This document shows, piece after piece, positions 31,030 through 40,363 of a stretch of 64,000 bases of DNA. A model generated the notes under the pieces. That model worked only from the letters and a program-made list of their open reading frames with translations. It was not told where the DNA came from and made no database searches. This stretch comes from Dehalococcoidia bacterium. GTDB lineage: Bacteria > Chloroflexota > Dehalococcoidia > Bin125. Each line of letters begins with the position of its first letter. The stretch's first letter is position 1. A program made the translations under genes and the position numbers. The stretch covers positions 256,001-320,000 of the forward strand of contig CAXXNO010000004.1 of the NCBI GenBank assembly GCA_963663235.2, written 5' to 3'.

Positions 31030-32428
31030 CCAGGCTCCACTGGGGATCGGGCTCGGAGACCTCCTCCTGGCGGAGGAGCAGATCCTCGAACTTGGCGGTG
31101 ATTTTGACGAAGCGGAGATGCACGTTGCCCGTGGGGCCGTTGCGATGCTTAGCCACGATGATCTGCGCCACGCCGGCGGGGTAGTGCGCTCCCGGCTCCC
31201 CGGGATGCAGATCCTCCCAGTCTTCCCGCTGGACGTACATGTCCTCGCGGTAGATGAAGAGGACCACGTCGGCGTCCTGCTCAATGGAGCCGCTCTCGCG
31301 CAGGTCGCTGAGGAGGGGGATGTGCGGCTGGCGCGCCTCGACGGCGCGGGAGAGCTGGGAGATGGCCAAGACGGGCAGTTTGAGCTCGCGCGCCAGCTCC
31401 TTGAGCGAGCGCGAGATGTAGCTGATCTCGGCCACGCGGTTGTTCTCGTTGCCGAAGCCGGTGTGCATCAGTTGCAGATGGTCGACGACCAGCAGGTCCA
31501 GCCCGACTTCCATGGCCAAGCGCCGCGCCTTGGCGCGCAGCTCGGCGACGCTCATGCCGGGGGTGTCGTCGATGTAGATCTCGGCCTGCGAGAGGTTGCC
31601 GATGGCGCGGCTGATGAGCGCCTCCTCGGCCTCATTGTGGCGACCCCAGGGCAGCCGGTGCGAGTCGACGCCCGCCTCCGCCGACACCAGCCGCGCCGCC
31701 ACCTGCTCGGCGGACATCTCCAGACTGAAGAAGGCGACGCGGCCTTGCTGTCCCAGCGCCAGGTTGCGCGACATCGCGAGCGCCAGGGCGGACTTGCCGA
31801 CGGACGGCCGCGCGGCCAGCACGGTCAGGTCCGATCGCTTGAGCCCGTCGAGCAGCGAGTCGAGGTCGGAGAAGCCGGTGCGGGCGACATCGGTGAGACG
31901 GAGCTCATCCGATTCGGAGGGCGGGCTGAGGAAGCCCTCCAGCAGGTCGCGCAGCGGGACGAAGTCGCGCAGGCGCTCGCCGCCGCGCAGCTCCAGCAGC
32001 AGGGACTCCGCACGGGCGAGCGACTCCGAGACGTTGGCGCCGCCGTCGAAGCCGATGCGGGCGATCTTGCCGGCGGCGTCGATCATGCGCCGGTAGACGG
32101 CGTCGCGGTTGACGATGCGGGCCGAGTGCTCGACCCCGACCGAGGTCGGCAGGTCGGCGACGATCTGGCCGAGGTAGGCGAAGCCGCCAATGTCCTCCAG
32201 TTTGCCCCGCCGGGCCAGCTCATGCGCCACAGTGACTTGGTTGACCGCCTCATCGCGATCCCAGATCGCGAGGGCCGCCTCGTACATCCAGGCGTGGCGC
32301 TCGTCGTAGAAGTCGAGAGGCTGGAGGATAGAGGCGACGCGGGGCAGCGCCGCCGGGTCCACCACGATGGAGGCGATGACGGTCGTTTCCGCCTCGGCGT
32401 CGCTGGGAGGAGCCTTCTCGAGTACCAC
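31010..32428 (-). CDS. dnaB: Replicative DNA helicase
   Basis: AARPSVGKS, FFSLEMS, LSDLRESGSIEQDAD, KHRNGP. Confidence 0.97.
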   Translation of the reverse strand: MVLEKAPPSDAEAETTVIASIVVDPAALPRVASILQPLDFYDERHAWMYEAALAIWDRDEAVNQVTVAHELARRGKLEDIGGFAYLGQIVADLPTSVGVEHSARIVNRDAVYRRMIDAAGKIARIGFDGGANVSESLARAESLLLELRGGERLRDFVPLRDLLEGFLSPPSESDELRLTDVARTGFSDLDSLLDGLKRSDLTVLAARPSVGKSALALAMSRNLALGQQGRVAFFSLEMSAEQVAARLVSAEAGVDSHRLPWGRHNEAEEALISRAIGNLSQAEIYIDDTPGMSVAELRAKARRLAMEVGLDLLVVDHLQLMHTGFGNENNRVAEISYISRSLKELARELKLPVLAISQLSRAVEARQPHIPLLSDLRESGSIEQDADVVLFIYREDMYVQREDWEDLHPGEPGAHYPAGVAQIIVAKHRNGPTGNVHLRFVKITAKFEDLLLRQEEVSEPDPQWSLDAFPND

Positions 32429-32470
32429 CGAACCCCCTCCGCGGGGGCTCGGAATGTGCGCGCCCCCGCG

Positions 32471-33052
32471 CTAATCGCTCTCGGCTTGCGGCTCCTCGTC
32501 AGTGGGAGCCGCGCCCTCCGCCTCCGCCGCCGCGCCCTCGTCGACGGGCGCGCTCTCTTCACCTGCCGGCTCACCGGCCGCCTCGGCCTGCGGTTCCGCC
32601 TCGCCGCCCTCCGGGCGGACATCGACGGTGACCGTGGCGGAGACGTTGCGGGTGAGCCGCACCCGCACCTCCTGGCTGCCGATCGCCTTGATCACCTGGC
32701 CCAAGAGCACCTGGCGATGGTCGACGGACTGCCCGGCGCGCTCGGTCAGTTGCTCGGCGATATCCGTCGCCGTCACCGAGCCGAAGAGCCGTCCTTGCTC
32801 GCCGACGCGGGCGGTCAGCGTGACCGTGGCGCCGTCGATGCGGTCGGCCACCAGGCGGGCCTCGACATCGACCTTCTCCTGATGGACGGCGTCGACCTTG
32901 GCCAGTTTGGCCGCCCGCTCCATCTGCACTTTGGTCGCCGGCGCCGCCAGACCGCGGGGGAGGAGGTAGTTGCGGGCGTAGCCGTTGCGGACCTCCTTGA
33001 TCTCACCGACCTGGCCGGAGCCTTCGACCTCTTCGAGAAAGACGACCTTCAT
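32471..33052 (-). CDS. rplI: 50S ribosomal protein L9 with an acidic tail
   Basis: MKVVFLEEV...GYARNYLLP, RLFGSVT. Confidence 0.96.
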   Translation of the reverse strand: MKVVFLEEVEGSGQVGEIKEVRNGYARNYLLPRGLAAPATKVQMERAAKLAKVDAVHQEKVDVEARLVADRIDGATVTLTARVGEQGRLFGSVTATDIAEQLTERAGQSVDHRQVLLGQVIKAIGSQEVRVRLTRNVSATVTVDVRPEGGEAEPQAEAAGEPAGEESAPVDEGAAAEAEGAAPTDEEPQAESD

Positions 33053-33311
33053 CGCGACCCTCCGTGCGCCGGATGCAATCGCACCTCCGTTGTGCCGCAT
33101 CCGCTTCGCTACGCCAACCGCGGGATTGTGGACTACACCGCTTATGCGCGATGCGGTCCCCACAGTTCACATCGTTCCAACACGATAATGGGCGGCGTCT
33201 TTAGAGGGAGCGGTTCTGTCACGGAGTGCGCCCGGCAAACGGGACACGCAGGCCGCTTGTTCCTCCTCCCGCCGACCACGCAGGTCACGATAGAACGGAA
33301 GTTCTGGCCGG

Positions 33312-35555
33312 TCAAAGGTCGTGGCCAGCGAGCGCACGTTCCAGGCCACCGCGGTAGGCGTCTGTGACATCGGCGAGAGGGAGGTCCAGCGGCCCGAGGC
33401 GCAGGCGGTCGCCGCCGACGGGGCCGAAGGGAGTCACGGGGACACCGTGCTCCGCGGCCAGCGATTCCAGCGCGGGCAGATCCGACGGCCGCAGGCTCAC
33501 CACGGCGCGGGCCCCGGCCTCGCCGAAGAGGGCGGCGTCCAGGCGGGGGCCGAGGTCAAGCGAGGGCGCGTCAAGGCCGAGACCGGCGGCGACGGCGCAT
33601 TCGGCGAGCGCCACGGCGAGGCCGCCGTCGGAACAGTCGTGCGCCGATCGCAGCAGTCCGCGCCGCGCGGCCGCGTTCAGGAGGCGCACCAGCGCGGCCT
33701 CGGCGTGAAGGTCCACCGCCACGGGGCCCGCCTCCAAGCCGTGGAGGACGGCGAGGTACTCGCCGCCGCCGAGCGTCGAAGCCGCCTGCGGCAGCATCGC
33801 CCCCAGCAGCGCCACCACATCGCCCGGCCGTTGAAAGGGCATGCGCACGATGCGGTCGACGTCCTCGATCAGGCCCAGCATGCCCACGACGGGCGTCGGG
33901 GTGACCGGCACGCCGTTCGTCTCGTTGTAGAGGGAGACGTTGCCGGAGACGACCGGCGTGCCCAAGGCCCGGCAGGCGGCGGCGATGCCCTGCACCGCTT
34001 GCGAGATCTGGAAGTAGATCTGGGGCCGCTCCGGGTTGCCGAAGTTGAGGCAATCGGTCACCGCCAGCGGGGTGGCGCCGGCGCAGGCCACGTTGCGCGC
34101 CGCCTCCGCGACCGCGCGGGCGCCGCCGGCCCAGGGGTCCAGCCATGTGGTGCGGCCGTTGCCATCCGTGCTGAGGGCGATGGCGCGGCGCGTGCCCTTG
34201 ATCCGCAGCACCCCGGCGTCGCTGCCCGGGCCGATGACGGTGTTCGTGCCCACCTGCTGGTCGTACTGGCGCGTAACCCAGCGCTTGTCGGTGATGTTGG
34301 GGGCGGCCAGCAGCGCGCGCAGCGCGGCGTTGGCGGCATGGGCATCGGCGACGTCGGGCAGCGAAGAGGGGTCGAACGCCGCCGCGGCGGCCGCCACGGG
34401 GTCAGGCGCCGCCTCGCCCTCGTAGGTCGGGGGGGAGGTGAGCAGCCGCACGTCGATGGCCGCGACCTCGTGATCGCCGTCGCGGATGCGGGCCAGACCG
34501 TCATCGGTGACCGTGCCGATCGTCACGGCAGTCAACTCCCAGCGGCGGAAGAGCGTGGCCACGTCGTCTTCATGCCCGCGCTTCACGACCACCAGCATGC
34601 GTTCCTGGGACTCGGACAGCATGACGTCGTAGGGGGACATGGCCGTTTCGCGTCGCGGGACGCGGCTCACGTCCAGGGTTACACCGGTGCCGGCGCGAGC
34701 GGCGCACTCCACGGCGCTGCTGGTGAGGCCGGCGGCGCCGAGGTCTTGCAGCCCCACGATCCAGTCGCGGTGCTGGGACACCAACTCCACGCAAGCCTCC
34801 ATGAGCAGTTTCTCCATGAAGGGGTTGCCCACCTGCACGGCGGGGCGGCGCTCCTCGCTGCGCTCGTCGAGCTGGACCGAGGCGAAGGTGGCGCCGTGGA
34901 GACCGTCGCGGCCGGTATCGGCGCCGACGAGCAGTAAGGCGTTGCCGGGCCCCTCGGCGCGAGCGCCGATCATCGCGTCCCGCCGGGCGATGCCCACGCA
35001 CATGGCGTTGACCAGCGGATTCCCGCTGTAGCCCGGTCCGACGCGCACCTCACCGCCGAGGTTGGGGATGCCGAGGCAGTTGCCGTAGCCGCCGATGCCC
35101 GCGACCACCCCGCGCAGGAGCCGCCGGTTGTTGGGGAGATCGAGGGGACCGAAGCGGAGGGAATCGAGGATGGCGATGGGGCGGGCGCCCATGGCGAAGA
35201 TGTCGCGCACGATGCCGCCCACGCCGGTGGCGGCGCCCTGGTAGGGCTCGATGGCGCTGGGGTGGTTGTGGGACTCGATCTTCATCACGACGACCAGACC
35301 GTCGCCGATGTCCACCGCGCCCGCGTTCTCGCCACCCAGCGTCGTGAGGACGTGCGGGGCCTCCACGGGGAAATGGCGGAAGAGCGGCTTGGAGTGCTTG
35401 TAGCCGCAGTGCTCGCTCCACAGCGCGCCGATCATGCCGAGCTCGACCGGCGCGGGCTCGCGGCCCAGGCGCTGGCGCGCCTGTTCGTACTCCGCGCGGC
35501 TGAGGGCGATCTGCTGCAGGGTGGCGTCGTCGACCGCGGGGGCGGGATCGGTCAT
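33312..35555 (-). CDS. purL: FGAM synthase subunit PurL
   Basis: WSEHCGYK, KIESHNHPS, LSESQERM, SGNVSLYN. Confidence 0.97.
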   Translation of the reverse strand: MTDPAPAVDDATLQQIALSRAEYEQARQRLGREPAPVELGMIGALWSEHCGYKHSKPLFRHFPVEAPHVLTTLGGENAGAVDIGDGLVVVMKIESHNHPSAIEPYQGAATGVGGIVRDIFAMGARPIAILDSLRFGPLDLPNNRRLLRGVVAGIGGYGNCLGIPNLGGEVRVGPGYSGNPLVNAMCVGIARRDAMIGARAEGPGNALLLVGADTGRDGLHGATFASVQLDERSEERRPAVQVGNPFMEKLLMEACVELVSQHRDWIVGLQDLGAAGLTSSAVECAARAGTGVTLDVSRVPRRETAMSPYDVMLSESQERMLVVVKRGHEDDVATLFRRWELTAVTIGTVTDDGLARIRDGDHEVAAIDVRLLTSPPTYEGEAAPDPVAAAAAAFDPSSLPDVADAHAANAALRALLAAPNITDKRWVTRQYDQQVGTNTVIGPGSDAGVLRIKGTRRAIALSTDGNGRTTWLDPWAGGARAVAEAARNVACAGATPLAVTDCLNFGNPERPQIYFQISQAVQGIAAACRALGTPVVSGNVSLYNETNGVPVTPTPVVGMLGLIEDVDRIVRMPFQRPGDVVALLGAMLPQAASTLGGGEYLAVLHGLEAGPVAVDLHAEAALVRLLNAAARRGLLRSAHDCSDGGLAVALAECAVAAGLGLDAPSLDLGPRLDAALFGEAGARAVVSLRPSDLPALESLAAEHGVPVTPFGPVGGDRLRLGPLDLPLADVTDAYRGGLERALAGHDL

Positions 35556-35560
35556 GGGCC

Positions 35561-36250
35561 TCAGCCCCAGCGCTCGATGATCGAACGCCAGATAAGGAGG
35601 CCGTCCTCGCCGCCCATGAGGGCCTCGCTGGCCCGCTCCGGATGGGGCATCATCCCCAACACCGTGCCGGCGGCGTTGACCACGCCGGCGATGTTGTGCA
35701 GCGAGCCGTTGGGGTTGGCCACGGCGGTCACCGCGCCCTGCGGGTCGCAGTAGCGGAAGAGCACCCGCCCGTCCGCCTCCAAGGCCGCGAGCGTTTGTTC
35801 ATCGGCGTAGTAGTTCCCTTGGCCGTGCGAGATGGGCAGCATCAGCGCCTGCTCTCCCCGACAGGCGCCGGTGAAGCCGGTATCGGTGCGCTCCACCCGT
35901 ACGTAGGCGGGCTCACAGCGATACTCCAGGCTGTCGTTGAGCAGAAGCGCGCCGGGCAGCAAGCCGGCCTCGCAGAGGATCTGGAAGCCGTTGCAGGAGC
36001 CGAAGACCGGGCGGCCGGCATCGACGTGGCGCTGGAGCGCCGCCATCACCGGGGAGAAGCGGGCGATGGCGCCGCAGCGGAGATAATCGCCGTAGGCGAA
36101 GCCCCCGGGGACCACGACGGCGTCATAGCCGTCCAGGCTGGAAGCGCGATGCCAGACACGGTCCGTTGGGTGGCCGAGGATGTCCTGGAGCACGTACTGG
36201 CAGTCGTGGTCGCTCCAGGAACCCGGAAAGACCAGAACGGCGAATCGCAC
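35561..36250 (-). CDS. purQ: FGAM synthase glutaminase subunit PurQ
   Basis: PGGFAYGDYLR, CNGFQIL, MMPHPER. Confidence 0.97.
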   Translation of the reverse strand: MRFAVLVFPGSWSDHDCQYVLQDILGHPTDRVWHRASSLDGYDAVVVPGGFAYGDYLRCGAIARFSPVMAALQRHVDAGRPVFGSCNGFQILCEAGLLPGALLLNDSLEYRCEPAYVRVERTDTGFTGACRGEQALMLPISHGQGNYYADEQTLAALEADGRVLFRYCDPQGAVTAVANPNGSLHNIAGVVNAAGTVLGMMPHPERASEALMGGEDGLLIWRSIIERWG

Positions 36251-36304
36251 CCGTTGCCCCTCTGCGTGCAGCGTAGCATCGCCCGGCCGGCGAGGACGGC
36301 GACC

Positions 36305-38611
36305 CTAGGACGCCTCGGCCTCGTGCGGCCCGGGCCGGTGGAGCTCCGGCAGGGCGCTGCCGTCGACCGGCTGGTCGCTGGTGGGCGCGGGCGCAGCGCC
36401 CAGATCTTGGGGCAGCGGGGCCGCGGGGTAGCGCCGGCGCTCGGCGGTCGTGGGAGCGGGGTATTCGATGCGCGGGTGGTAGACGCCCCGCAGCGTGACC
36501 TTGAACGAATCGCCGATGAGCCGCAGGTGGCGCAGCGTCAGATCGCTGTCGTCCAACTGCCGCTCGGCCAGCCGCTCACTGACGACGCCGTCGACGAGGG
36601 CGTCGATGACTTCCGGTTCGCGATTGCGGCTGGAGCGGACCACGGCCTCGCAGGAGTCGGCGAGCATGACGATCGCCGTCTCGCGCGAGCGGGGACGGGG
36701 CCCGCCGTAGGTGAAGAGCGCCGCGTCGATGGCGGGATCGATCTGCGCGGCCTTGCGATAGAAATAGGTGACGAGGCGCGTGCCGTGATGCTCCGGGATG
36801 AAGTCGCGGACGCGCTCGGGGAGCCGTTGCCGCCGGGCGAGCTCCACGCCCCAGCGCACGTGCTCCTGGATCACGCGCGCGCTCTCCCGCGGATCCAGAT
36901 CATCGTGGGGATTGCTGCCCTCCGCCTGGTTTTCGATGTACATGTGCGGTTGGGCCAGCTTGCCGATGTCGTGATAGAAGGCGCCGACGCGCACGAGCAG
37001 GGGGTGGGCGTCGATCTGGCCGGCGGCGCGTTCCGCCATCGTCGCCACCAGCAAGGAATGGTGAAACGTCCCCGGCGCCTCTTCTTGCAACCGACGGAGG
37101 AGCGGCTGCGTGAGTTGCGCCAGCTCAAGGAGCTGCAACCGCGTGGTGATGCCGAAGGCCGTGCCCAAGAACGTGAACGCCCCGATGGTGACGACGCCAG
37201 TAAACAGGGCGGCGAGCGCCGAGGCGGCGGCGAGCCAGCCAAGGCCGGCGGCGGCGCGATCGGGGTCGAGCAGCCAGAAGCTCAAGCCCACGAGGAACAT
37301 CACGCCGCCGACCAGGGCGCCGACCAGGGCGTACTGCGTCACCCGCTCCACGCGGCTGCTGGCGAAGACGCCGGCGATCCCGGCGAAGAGGAACACGGCC
37401 GCGGGGCGCAGCGCCTGCGCGCCGACGGGCGCCTCCCCCAGGGCGAAGTCCGGATGCACTGTCGCGGCGAAGCCCGCCAACCCGGCGACCAGGATGGCCA
37501 GGATGAGCGCCAAGGTGGTTTCCAGCAGCGCCGCCGCCAGCACCGCAACCGCCGCCAGCGGCAGGATCAACTCCAGGGACTTGCCCTGCTCATCCGGCAG
37601 CACCGCCGGGAAATACCAGCGCGCGGCGAGGGCCGCGATGACCACCAGCGCGCCCACCAGCAGCAGACGTCGGTCGCTGGAGACGGCGGGGGGATGCGTC
37701 AGCGCCAGATATGTGGCCACGGTTGCGGCGACCGCGACGGCGAGGAGGAGGACGGCCATGAGCTCGTCGGCGGGCAGGCCACCGCCACCGGGCGCGAGCA
37801 AGGGGAGGGCGGCGATGGCGATGGCGTCCAGTTCGTCGGAGGAGAGGGTGTCGCTGTCGATGGTGCTTGGGAGCGCGCAGTGCGCGGCGAGGTCCGCGCC
37901 ACCTACAGGCGCGCCCCCCGAGAAGACGATCTCGCCGGCGGCGAAGGTGCAGAGCACCGGCGGGACCGCGGCGATCGCGGCGTCCCGCGCATCGGCCATG
38001 GCGACGGCATCGACAACGACGTTGGCCGCGATCAGCGGGGCCACGATCGCCACCAGCACCTCTTCCTGCGTGGGCGCGAGGGTGATCTCGATGCGATCCG
38101 GGAGCGCCTGCCGGAGGTCATCGACGTCCTCGTCCAGGATGTTGGACTCAAACAGGCCGGTGAGCAGCGCGGTGGCGGCGGCCCGCACCAGGGCCCACTG
38201 GGCGGCGGCGAAGCCCAGGGTCAGCACCTGCCCGCGCGGGTCCAGTGACAGCCCGGGCACCTGCGCCAGCGCGTCGGCGCGCTCTTCGCTGGAGAAGTCG
38301 GGGTCCGAGCGGACGCCGTCGATGCGAGCCAAGAGGCGTTCAAGGGCGGCCGTCTGGTTGAGCCCCACGTTGCCGTCGGTCGTGACGAAGGTCGGCACGA
38401 CCGCAGCGGCGGCGGCCTGGGCCCGTTGCGTGAGGATGTCGCTTTCAAATTGCAGATCAGCAGGGGCGCGGATGTCAATGTTGGCGATTTCGCCGAGGTG
38501 AGGGACGGGTTGTTCCGGCTCGATGGGGATTAGCGCCAGGGTCAGGGCGATCGAGAGCACCACCACGAAGGTGGCGATCCGCAGCGGCGAGAAGAACGGC
38601 TGGCGATCCAT
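36305..38611 (-). CDS. 7TM-HDIG phosphohydrolase (PgpH-like putative c-di-AMP phosphodiesterase)
   Basis: N-terminal TM, extracellular domain, multiple TMs, APGTFHHS, YHDIGK, EHHGT, MLADSCEA. Confidence 0.9.
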   Translation of the reverse strand: MDRQPFFSPLRIATFVVVLSIALTLALIPIEPEQPVPHLGEIANIDIRAPADLQFESDILTQRAQAAAAAVVPTFVTTDGNVGLNQTAALERLLARIDGVRSDPDFSSEERADALAQVPGLSLDPRGQVLTLGFAAAQWALVRAAATALLTGLFESNILDEDVDDLRQALPDRIEITLAPTQEEVLVAIVAPLIAANVVVDAVAMADARDAAIAAVPPVLCTFAAGEIVFSGGAPVGGADLAAHCALPSTIDSDTLSSDELDAIAIAALPLLAPGGGGLPADELMAVLLLAVAVAATVATYLALTHPPAVSSDRRLLLVGALVVIAALAARWYFPAVLPDEQGKSLELILPLAAVAVLAAALLETTLALILAILVAGLAGFAATVHPDFALGEAPVGAQALRPAAVFLFAGIAGVFASSRVERVTQYALVGALVGGVMFLVGLSFWLLDPDRAAAGLGWLAAASALAALFTGVVTIGAFTFLGTAFGITTRLQLLELAQLTQPLLRRLQEEAPGTFHHSLLVATMAERAAGQIDAHPLLVRVGAFYHDIGKLAQPHMYIENQAEGSNPHDDLDPRESARVIQEHVRWGVELARRQRLPERVRDFIPEHHGTRLVTYFYRKAAQIDPAIDAALFTYGGPRPRSRETAIVMLADSCEAVVRSSRNREPEVIDALVDGVVSERLAERQLDDSDLTLRHLRLIGDSFKVTLRGVYHPRIEYPAPTTAERRRYPAAPLPQDLGAAPAPTSDQPVDGSALPELHRPGPHEAEAS

Positions 38612-38671
38612 GCAGGCCCTCGGCCGCGCGCGGGCCGGATTCCGGGCCCCATCATAGCGCGGGCGCTTCGC

Positions 38672-39118
38672 TCAACCGCCCAGCAGCTCCGTGACGACTT
38701 CGTTGATCAGGCGTCCATCAGCGCGGCCGCGCAGGTCGGCCATCAACGGCCCCATGACCTTGCCCTTTTCCTTGGGCCCCTGGGCACCCACCGTGGCGAT
38801 CACCGCCCGCGCCGCCTCCGCCACGTCTTCCAGACTCATCTGCGGCGGCAGGTACTGTTCCAGCACCGCCATCTCCGCCTCTTCGCGCTCGGCCAGGTCC
38901 GTCCGTCCACCTTTGCGGAACTGCTCTACGCTCTCGCGCCGCTGGTTGATCTGCTTTTGCACCAGGGCCACGATGTCCATCTCATCCAACGGCCCGCGCC
39001 GCTCGATCTCCGCGTTCTTGATCGCCGCTTGCAGCAGGCGGATGGTCTCGCGACGGGTGACGTCGCGGGCGCGCATGGCGTCGTGGAGGTCTTGCGGAAG
39101 TCGCTCGCGCAGTCCCAC
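38672..39118 (-). CDS. GatB/YqeY domain protein
   Basis: AMRARD...AIKNAEI...RRESVEQF...YLPPQM...GRADG. Confidence 0.92.
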   Translation of the reverse strand: MGLRERLPQDLHDAMRARDVTRRETIRLLQAAIKNAEIERRGPLDEMDIVALVQKQINQRRESVEQFRKGGRTDLAEREEAEMAVLEQYLPPQMSLEDVAEAARAVIATVGAQGPKEKGKVMGPLMADLRGRADGRLINEVVTELLGG

Positions 39119-39225
39119 GGTCGCTCCTCGCATGTTCCGGCCCGCCGACCGAATCGGCGCGCCGGCAGGCCGACATTAAGAGGCCGCCGACTGACGCCGA
39201 CGGCCTAGGGTGTCGCCGCCCGCGC

Positions 39226-39369
39226 TTAGTCCGCGGAGGGCAGAACCTTGGGCTGCATCAACTCCATGGGCCGCGCGCCGACGCTCAGGTTGCCGTCGCC
39301 TGGCTTGATGCAGAGCACCTCGATGCCGCTCTCCTCATCCTTGTAGCGCTTGCCGAGTTGCACCGCCAT
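39226..39369 (-). CDS. 47-aa desulforedoxin-like microprotein retaining only one Cys
   Basis: MAVQLGKRYKDEESGIEVLCIKPGDGNLSVGARPMELMQPKVLPSAD; GGAGG upstream; paralogous to its neighbour; below the ORF-track cutoff. Confidence 0.8.
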   Translation of the reverse strand: MAVQLGKRYKDEESGIEVLCIKPGDGNLSVGARPMELMQPKVLPSAD

Positions 39370-39381
39370 GCGTCGCCTCCG

Positions 39382-39504
39382 CTACTTCTTCTCTGCCACC
39401 GGGATATCGCAGCACTTGATCTCCTCGTCGCCGCCGCGGGTGACGATGTACTCGGCGCCGCACTTGGAGCAGATGTACCGTTTCCCGGTCTGAGCCGCCG
39501 TCAT
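39382..39504 (-). CDS. 40-aa desulforedoxin-like microprotein (CxxC...CC)
   Basis: MTAAQTGKRYICSKCGAEYIVTRGGDEEIKCCDIPVAEKK; GGAGGT upstream (GTG 39513 is an alternative start). Confidence 0.82.
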   Translation of the reverse strand: MTAAQTGKRYICSKCGAEYIVTRGGDEEIKCCDIPVAEKK

Positions 39505-39586
39505 GCTGGTCACATACCTCCGTGCCCTGGAACGGATCAAGTCTATCGCAGGGCAAAATGGGCGGTCAAAGCCGCGTCCGCGCCGC

Positions 39587-40363
39587 CTATTCGAGGGTCT
39601 GGAGCCACGAGTAGATGGCGAACACGTCCTCATCGGGGACGAGGTCCGCGTCCACGGTGAAGCCGCTGGTGTCAATCTCCTCGACCTCGACGGGGGCAGC
39701 GGCGGTGGTGGGGGCCGCCGCGCTGCTGCGCTGCCCGCAGGTATTTTCGGTGAGGGAGGGCGTGGCTTCCTGGAGGGGGAGGCCGGCATCGACCCGGGCG
39801 TGAGCGTCGTCGAGGGCGGCCTGGGCGTCGGCAGCGGCGGCATCGTCGCCCTGGGCGGCGCGCAGGGTGGCGGCGAGGCTCTCAAGGGTCGCCTCGTCCT
39901 CCTCGATGGCGATCTCCAGCGCGTGATCCCAGGCGTTGCCGGCATTGGTGCTGACGAGCGCGGCGAGGTTGGCGATGTGCGCGAAGTTGAGAGACCCGCC
40001 CTGGTCGATGGCCCAGGGCGGCATGGGCGTGCCGTTGCGCCCGCAGGCGATGGTGTCGCGGAAGCGGGCCTGTATCTCCGCAAGTTTGTTCTCATCTTCC
40101 GAGCGGAAGGCGAGGGTGTTGGCGGGGTCGTTCAGGGCGGGTCCGATCAATTGGGGATGCCCGACCCGGCCGAGCCCGACGTTGCCGTGGCAGACGCGGC
40201 AATTCTTGGCGAACAGGAGCGCGCCTCGCTCGGCCGCTTCCACGGCCTGGAAGTCCGCGGCATCCGTGCGCGTTCCGGCTTCAAACCAGGTGTAGGCGCC
40301 CAGCGAGACGACGCCCAGAAAGAGCAAGACAACCATTGCCAGGATCTGCTTGTTGGTGTTCAT
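39587..40363 (-). CDS. Membrane-anchored c-type cytochrome of the Rieske/b complex
   Basis: N-terminal TM, CRVCH heme motif, MPPW axial Met. Confidence 0.9.
   Translation of the reverse strand: MNTNKQILAMVVLLFLGVVSLGAYTWFEAGTRTDAADFQAVEAAERGALLFAKNCRVCHGNVGLGRVGHPQLIGPALNDPANTLAFRSEDENKLAEIQARFRDTIACGRNGTPMPPWAIDQGGSLNFAHIANLAALVSTNAGNAWDHALEIAIEEDEATLESLAATLRAAQGDDAAAADAQAALDDAHARVDAGLPLQEATPSLTENTCGQRSSAAAPTTAAAPVEVEEIDTSGFTVDADLVPDEDVFAIYSWLQTLE

Noticed and set aside
33120-33170. DnaA boxes or oriC upstream of rplI
   Set aside because: Best match TAGTCCACA has 2 mismatches; no box cluster and no AT-rich unwinding element.
33312-36250. purS missing beside purQ-purL (likewise folB beside folP-folK)
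   Set aside because: These genes are often encoded elsewhere; absence cannot be judged from one window.
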